NCBI GenBank assembly: GCA_964057225.1
Contig: OZ059899.1
Coordinates: 10,354,001 to 10,418,000 of the forward strand
Direction of reading: 5' to 3'
DNA length: 64,000 nt
Origin: Auanema rhodensis
Taxonomy: Eukaryota > Animalia > Nematoda
Shown here: in pieces, positions 55,802 through 64,000 of the stretch
How positions within the stretch are numbered: the first letter of the stretch is position 1
Layout of the letters: each line of letters starts with the position of its first letter
The notes under the pieces: generated by a model
Databases searched by the model: none
What the model was told of the DNA's origin: nothing
Seen by the model: the letters and a program-made list of their open reading frames with translations, nothing else
Program-made: the position numbers and the translations under genes

Positions 55802-58394
55802 TAAATTTTTTTCATTTCACTTGTCATTTACAAAAATCAAATTTATCTTCTTCAACGATTATTTTTGCAATGTGTCATAAAAATTTCACAGTTGAACAAA
55901 ACGTTTTTTAAGAATTTTTTTTGTTGTCAACATATATATTTTCCTGGAATTCGAAAGCATTTGGGATGGAAATTAGAAAGAAAAGAACTAGTTTTTCCTA
56001 TTTTAAAACAAACAAAAAAGAATAAAATGAAAAAGATTGTTAGATATCCAATTTAAACTTATACAATTATTTCGATAAAGAGCCTATTAGTTTGAAATTT
56101 TATGTCTTACAGTTCTCCAACAGAACAGACTGATCCTGATTTTTCTATGATTACATAAAACTCTCGTTTGATATAAAAAAAGAAGAGGAATAACGTTTCC
56201 AGGATGTCAATGATATCGAATCTAGTGATATTGTAAAAAAATGTAATGTCAGCTCCATAGGTTTTTTCTTAATTTCTCTCATCACAATTGTCTTAGTTTT
56301 TTTTCTCATAAGAGTTTCTGAAATTTTAGGTGAACAAAGCCGTATATATTTTTTTCTGGAATTCGAAAGCATTTGGGATGGAAATTAGAAAAAAAAAGAA
56401 CTAGTTTTTCCTACTTTAAAACAAACAATAAGAAATAAAATAAAAAAGATTGTTAGATATCCAATTTAAACTTATACATTTACTTCGATAAAGAGCCTAT
56501 TAGTTTGAAATTTTATGTCTTACAGTTCTCCAACAGAACAGACTGATCCTGATTTCTCTATGATTACATAAAACTCTCGTTTGATATAAAAAAAGAAGAG
56601 GAATAACGTTTCCAGGATGTCAATGATATCGAATCTAGTGATATTGTAGAAAAAGGAAATGTCAGCTCCATAGGTTTTCTCTTAATTTCTCTCATCACAA
56701 TTGTCTTAGTTTTTTTCTCATAAGAGTTTCTGAAATCTTAGGTGAACAAGGCCGTATATATTTTTTTCTGGAATTCGAAAGCATTTGGGATGGAAATTAG
56801 AAGGAAAAGAACTAGTTTTTCCTACTTTAAAACAAACAATAAGAAATAAAATAAAAAAGATTGTTAGATATCCAATTTAAACTTATACATTTACTTTGAT
56901 AAAGAGCCTATTAGTTTGAAATTTTATGTCTTACAGTTCTCCAACAGAACAGACTGATCCTGATTTCTCTATGATTACATAAAACTCTCGTTTGATATAA
57001 AAAAAGAAGAGGAATAACGTTTCCAGGATGTCAATGATATCGAATCTAGTGATATTGTAGAAAAATGTAATGTCAGCTCCATAGGTTTTCTCTTAATTTC
57101 TCTCATCACAATTGTCTTAGTTTTTTTTCTCATTAGAGTTTCTGAAATCTTAGGTGAACAAGGCCGTATATATTTTTTTCTGGAATTCGAAAGCATTTGG
57201 GATGGACATTAGAAGGAAAAGAACTAGTTTTTCCTACTTTAAAACAAACAATAAGAAATAAAATAAAAAAGATTGTTAGATATCCAATTTAAACTTATAC
57301 ATTTACTTTGATAAAGAGCCTATTAGTTTGAAATTTTATGTCTTACAGTTCTCCAACAGAACAGACTGATCCTGATTTCTCTATGATTACATAAAACTCT
57401 CGTTTGATATACAAAAAGGAGAGGAATAACGTGTCCAGGATATCAATGATATCGAATCTAGTGATATTGTAGAAAAATGTAATGTCAGCTCCATAGGTTT
57501 TCTCTTAATTTCTCTCAACACAATTGTCTTAGTTTTTTTCTCATAAGAGTTTCTGAAATCTTAGGTGAACAAGGCCGTATATATTTTTTTCTGGAATTCG
57601 AAAGCATTTGGGATGGAAATTAGAAAGAAAAGAACTAGTTTTTCCTACTTTAAAACAAACAATAAGAAATAAAATAAAAAAGATTGTTAGATATCTAATT
57701 TAAACTTATACATTTACTTCGATAAAGAGCCTATTAGTTTGAAATTTTATGTCTTACAGTTCTCCAACAGAACAGACTGATCCTGATTTCTCTATGATTA
57801 CATAAAACTCTCGTTTGATATAAAAAAAGAAGAGGAATAACGTTTCCAGGATGTCAATGATATCGAATCTAGTGATATTGTAGAAAAATGTAATGTCAGC
57901 TCCATAGGTTTTCTCTTAATTTCTCTCATCACAATTGTCTTAGTTTTTTTTCTCATTAGAGTTTCTGAAATCTTAGGTGAACAAGGCCGTATATATTTTT
58001 TTCTGGAATTCGAAAGCATTTGGGATGGACATTAGAAGGAAAAGAACTAGTTTTTCCCATTTTAAAACAAACAATAAGAAATAAAATAAAAAAGATTGTT
58101 AGATATCTAATTTAAACTTATACATTTACTTCGATAAAGAGCCTATTAGTTTGAAATTTTATGTCTTACAGTTCTCCAACAGAACAGACTGATCCTGATT
58201 TCTCTATGATTACATAAAACTCTCGTTTGATATACAAAAAGGAGAGGAATAACGTTTCCAGGATATCAATGATATCGAATCTAGTGATATTGTAGAAAAA
58301 TGTAATGTCAGCTCCATAGTTTTTCTCTAAATTTCTCTCATCACAATAGTCTTATTTTTTTTTCATAAGAGTTTCTGAAATCTTAGTTGAACAA

Positions 58395-58467
58395 GGCCGC
58401 GTGGCGCAATGGATAACGCGTCTGCCTACGGAGCAGAAGATTGTAGGTTCGAATCCTGCCGTGGTCG
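58395..58467 (+). tRNA. tRNA-Arg(ACG)
   Basis: Identical to 436-508; T7 downstream. Confidence 0.97.
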
Positions 58468-61400
58468 TAAATTTTTTTCATTTCACTTTTCATTTACAAA
58501 AATCAAATTTATCTTCTTCAACGATTATTTTTGCAATGTGTCATAAAAATTTCACAGTTGAACAAAACGTTTTTTAAGAATTTTTTTTGTTGTCAACATA
58601 TATATTTTCCTGGAATTCGAAAGCATTTGGGATGGAAATTAGAAAGAAAAGAACTAGTTTTTCCTATTTTAAAACAAACAAAAAAAAATAAAATGAAAAA
58701 GATTGTTAGATATCCAATTTAAACTTATACATTTACTTCGATAAAGAGCCTATTAGTTTGAAATTTTATGTCTTACAGTTCTCCAACAGAACAGACTGAT
58801 CCTGATTTCTCTATGATTATATAAAACTCTCGTTTGATATAAAAAAAGAAGAGGAATAACGTTTCCAGGATGTCAATGATATCGAATCTAGTGATATTGT
58901 AGAAAAATGTAATGTCAGCTCCATAGGTTTTCTCTTAATTTCTCTCAACACAATTGTCTTAGTTTTTTTCTCATAAGAGTTTCTGAAATCTTAGGTGAAC
59001 AAGGCCGTATATATTTTTTTCTGGAATTCGAAAGCATTTGGGATGGAAATTAGAAAGAAAAGAACTAGTTTTTCCTACTTTAAAACAAACAATAAGAAAT
59101 AAAATAAAAAAGATTGTTAGATATCTAATTTAAACTTATACATTTACTTCGATAAAGAGCCTATTAGTTTGAAATTTTATGTCTTACAGTTCTCCAACAG
59201 AACAGACTGATCCTGATTTCTCTATGATTACATAAAACTCTCGTTTGATATAAAAAAAGAAGAGGAATAACGTTTCCAGGATGTCAATGATATCGAATCT
59301 AGTGATATTGTAGAAAAATGTAATGTCAGCTCCATAGGTTTTCTCTTAATTTCTCTCATCACAATTGTCTTAGTTTTTTTTCTCATTAGAGTTTCTGAAA
59401 TCTTAGGTGAACAAGGCCGTATATATTTTTTTCTGGAATTCGAAAGCATTTGGGATGAACATTAGAAGGAAAAGAACTAGTTTTTCCCATTTTAAAACAA
59501 ACAATAAGAAATAAAATAAAAAAGATTGTTAGATATCTAATTTAAACTTATACATTTACTTCGATAAAGAGCCTATTAGTTTGAAATTTTATGTCTTACA
59601 GTTCTCCAACAGAACAGACTGATCCTGATTTCTCTATGATTACATAAAACTCTCGTTTGATATAAAAAAAGAAGAGGAATAACGTTTCCAGGATGTCAAT
59701 GATATCGAATCTAGTGATATTGTAGAAAAATGTAATGTCAGCTCCATAGGTTTTCTCTTAATTTCTCTCAACACAATTGTCTTAGTTTTTTTCTCATAAG
59801 AGTTTCTGAAATCTTAGGTGAACAAGGCCGTATATATTTTTTTCTGGAATTCGAAAGCATTTGGGATGGAAATTAGAAAGAAAAGAACTAGTTTTTCCTA
59901 CTTTAAAACAAACAATAAGAAATAAAATAAAAAAGATTGTTAGATATCTAATTTAAACTTATACATTTACTTCGATAAAGAGCCTATTAGTTTGAAATTT
60001 TATGTCTTACAGTTCTCCAACAGAACAGACTGATCCTGATTTCTCTATGATTACATAAAACTCTCGTTTGATATAAAAAAAGAAGAGGAATAACGTTTCC
60101 AGGATGTCAATGATATCGAATCTAGTGATATTGTAGAAAAATGTAATGTCAGCTCCATAGGTTTTCTCTTAATTTCTCTCATCACAATTGTCTTAGTTTT
60201 TTTTCTCATAAGAGTTTCTGAAATCTTAGGTGAACAAGGCCGTATATATTTTTTTCTGGAATTCGAAAACATTTGGGATGGAAATTAGAAAGAAAAGAAC
60301 TAGTTTTTCCTACTTTAAAACAAACAATAAGAAATAAAATAAAAAAGATTGTTAGATATCCAATTTAAACTTATACATTTACTTCGATAAAGAGCCTATT
60401 AGTTTGAAATTTTATGTCTTACAGTTCTCCAACAGAACAGACTGATCCTGATTTCTCTATGATTATATAAAACTCTCGTTTGATATAAAAAAAGAAGAGG
60501 AATAACGTTTCCAGGATGTCAATGATATCGAATCTAGTGATATTGTAGAAAAATGTAATGTCAGCTCCATAGGTTTTCTCTTAATTTCTCTCAACACAAT
60601 TGTCTTAGTTTTTTTCTCATAAGAGTTTCTGAAATCTTAGGTGAACAAGGCCGTATATATTTTTTTCTGGAATTCGAAAGCATTTGGGATGGAAATTAGA
60701 AAGAAAAGAACTAGTTTTTCCTACTTTAAAACAAACAATAAGAAATAAAATAAAAAAGATTGTTAGATATCTAATTTAAACTTATACATTTACTTCGATA
60801 AAGAGCCTATTAGTTTGAAATTTTATGTCTTAAAGTTCTCCAACAGAACAGACTGATCCTGATTTCTCTATGATTACATAAAACTCTCGTTTGATATAAA
60901 AAAAGAAGAGGAATAACGTTTCCAGGATGTCAATGATATCGAATCTAGTGATATTGTAGAAAAATGTAATGTCAGCTCCATAGGTTTTCTCTTAATTTCT
61001 CTCATCACAATTGTCTTAGTTTTTTTTCTCATAAGAGTTTCTGAAATCTTAGGTGAACAAGGCCGTATATATTTTTTTCTGGAATTCGAAAACATTTGGG
61101 ATGGAAATTAGAAAGAAAAGAACTAGTTTTTCCTACTTTAAAACAAACAATAAGAAATAAAATAAAAAAGATTGTTAGATATCCAATTTAAACTTATACA
61201 TTTACTTCGATAAAGAGCCTATTAGTTTGAAATTTTATGTCTTACAGTTCTCCAACAGAACAGACTGATCCTGATTTCTCTATGATTACATAAAACTCTC
61301 GTTTGATATACAAAAACGAGAGGAATAACGTTTCCAGGATATCAATGATATCGAATCTAGTGATATTGTAGAAAAATGTAATGTCAGCTTCATAGTTTTT

Positions 61401-64000
61401 CTCTTAATTTCTCTCATCACAATAGTCTTATTTTTTTTTCATAAGAGTTTCTGAAATCTTAGTTGAACAAGGCCGTATATATTTTTTTCTGGAATTCGAA
61501 AGCATTTGGGATGGATATTAGAAGGAAAAGAACTAGTTTTTCCTACTTTAAAACAAACAATAAGAAATAAAATAAAAAAAATTGTTAGATATCCAATTTA
61601 AACTTATACATTTACTTCGATAAAGAGCCTATTAGTTTGAAATTTTATGTCTTACAGTTCTCCAACAGAACAGACTGATCCTGATTTCTCTATGATTACA
61701 TACAATTCTCGTTTGATATAAAAAAAGAAGAGGAATAACGTTTCCAGGATGTCAATGATATCGAATCTAGTGATATTGTAAAAAAATGTAATGTCAGCTC
61801 CATAGGTTTTCTCTTAATTTCTCTCATCACAATTGTCTTAGTTTTTTTTCTCATAAGAGTTTCTGAAATCTTAGGTGAACAAGGCCGTATATATTTTTTT
61901 CTGGAATTCGAAAGCATTTGGGATGGACATTAGAAAGAAAAGAACTAGTTTTTCCTACTTTAAAACGAACAATAAGAAATAAAATAAAAAAGATTGTTAG
62001 ATATCCAATTTAAACTTATACATTTACTTCGATAAAGAGCCTATTAGTTTGAAATTTTATGTCTTACAGTTCTCCAACAGAACAGACTGATCCTGATTTC
62101 TCTATGATTATATAAAACTCTCGTTTGATATAAAAAAAGAAGAGGAATAACGTTTCCAGGATGTCAATGATATCGAATCTAGTGATATTGTAGAAAAATG
62201 TAATGTCAGCTTCATAGGTTTTCTCTTAATTTCTCTCATCACAATTGTCTTAGTTTTTTTTCTCATAAGAGTTTCTGAAATCTTAGGTGAACAAGGCCGT
62301 ATATATTTTTTTCTGGAATTCGAAAGCATTTGGGATGGAAATTAGAAAGAAAAGAACTAGTTTTTCCTACTTTAAAACGAACAATAAGAAATAAAATAAA
62401 AAAGATTGTTAGATATCCAATTTAAACTTATACATTTACTTCGATAAAGAGCCTATTAGTTTGAAATTTTATGTCTTACAGTTCTCCAACAGAACAGACT
62501 GATCCTGATTTCTCTATGATTACATAAAACTCTCGTTTGATATACAAAAAGGAGAGGAATAACGTTTCCAGGATATCAATGATATCGAATCTAGTGATAT
62601 TGTAGAAAAATGTAATGTCAGCTCCATAGTTTTTCTCTAAATTTCTCTCATCACAATAGTCTTATTTTTTTTTCATAAGAGTTTCTGAAATCTTAGTTGA
62701 ACAAGGCCGTATATATTTTTTTCTGGAATTCGAAAGCATTTGGGATGGATATTAGAAGGAAAAGAACTAGTTTTTCCTACTTTAAAACAAACAATAAGAA
62801 ATAAAATAAAAAAGATTGTTAGATATCCAATTTAAACTTATACATTTACTTCGATAAAGAGCCTATTAGTTTGAAATTTTATGTCTTACAGTTCTCCAAC
62901 AGAACAGACTGATCCTGATTTCTCTATGATTACATAAAACTCTCGTTTGATATACAAAAAGGAGAGGAATAACGTTTCCAGGATATCAATGATATCGAAT
63001 CTAGTGATATTGTAGAAAAATGTAATGTCAGCTCCATAGTTTTTCTCTAAATTTCTCTCATCACAATAGTCTTATTTTTTTTTCATAAGAGTTTCTGAAA
63101 TCTTAGTTGAACAAGGCCGTATATATTTTTTTCTGGAATTCGAAAGCATTTGGAATGGATATTAGAAGGAAAAGAACTAGTTTTTCCTACTTTAAAACAA
63201 ACAATAAGAAATAAAATAAAAAAGATTGTTAGATATCCAATTTAAACTTATACATTTACTTCGATAAAGAGCCTATTAGTTTGAAATTTTATGTCTTACA
63301 GTTCTCCAACAGAACAGACTGATCCTGATTTCTCTATGATTACATACAATTCTCGTTTGATATAAAAAAAGAAGAGGAATAACGTTTCCAGGATGTCAAT
63401 GATATCGAATCTAGTGATATTGTAAAAAAATGTAATGTCAGCTCCATAGGTTTTCTCTTAATTTCTCTCATCACAATTGTCTTAGTTTTTTTTCTCATAA
63501 GAGTTTCTGAAATCTTAGGTGAACAAGGCCGTATATATTTTTTTCTGGAATTCGAAAGCATTTGGGATGGACATTAGAAAGAAAAGAACTAGTTTTTCCT
63601 ACTTTAAAACGAACAATAAGAAATAAAATAAAAAAGATTGTTAGATATCCAATTTAAACTTATACATTTACTTCGATAAAGAGCCTATTAGTTTGAAATT
63701 TTATGTCTTACAGTTCTCCAACAGAACAGACTGATCCTGATTTCTCTATGATTATATAAAACTCTCGTTTGATATAAAAAAAGAAGAGGAATAACGTTTC
63801 CAGGATGTCAATGATATCGAATCTAGTGATATTGTAGAAAAATGTAATGTCAGCTCCATAGGTTTTCTCTTAATTTCTCTCATCACAATTGTCTTAGTTT
63901 TTTTTCTCATAAGAGTTTCTGAAATCTTAGGTGAACAAGGCCGTATATATTTTTTTCTGGAATTCGAAAGCATTTGGGATGGAAATTAGAAAGAAAAGAA

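Larger units (their letters stand above)
1..64000. repeat. Tandem satellite array, ~412-bp monomer (410-413) interspersed with 11 ~609-bp tRNA-containing monomers; ~150 units; extends beyond both window edges
   Basis: The same sequence recurs every ~412 bp throughout; ORF-track copies are spaced 411-413 bp apart. Units differ by only a few SNPs or homopolymer indels. Each unit has one GGCC and nearly always one GAATTC. No unique sequence was seen. Confidence 0.99.

Noticed and set aside
436-58467. Identity of 10 tRNA copies as proof of purifying selection
   Set aside because: Monomers differ by only a few percent overall and several copies are recent duplicates, so identity over 73 nt is weak evidence without a formal test.
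857-63973. More than 100 copies of a 73-aa (72/75/94-aa variants) minus-strand ORF 'MLSNSRKKYIRPCSPK...' as a tandem gene family
   Set aside because: It has no recognisable domain and spans the deletion junction, so it cannot exist in tRNA units. It is freely frameshifted by homopolymer indels in many monomers. Conservation simply reflects repeat homogeneity.
1-64000. CRISPR array or other prokaryotic repeat system
   Set aside because: There are no unique spacers or cas genes, the units are 412 bp long, and the tRNA gene structure is eukaryotic.

Overview
The whole 64-kb window is one AT-rich, head-to-tail tandem array of about 150 monomers in a single orientation, with no credible protein-coding gene. 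The 73/75/94-aa and 63-aa ORFs are by-products of the repeat. About 139 monomers are ~412 bp. Eleven are ~609 bp and carry a eukaryotic tRNA-Arg(ACG) gene with a T7 Pol III terminator: 10 identical intact copies and 1 with the D-loop GG changed to AA. From memory the tRNA is nearly identical to the nematode (C. elegans-type) Arg-ACG gene, so the source is probably a nematode or other animal genome (not verified). The 412-bp monomer equals the 609-bp tRNA unit minus 197 bp and still keeps the first 5 nt of the tRNA (GGCCG), so this looks like a satellite derived from a tandem tRNA gene array. tRNA-bearing units occur only on the flanks (0.4-11.4 kb and 45.7-58.5 kb). They surround a ~34-kb tRNA-free core with its own private variants and shifting higher-order repeats.
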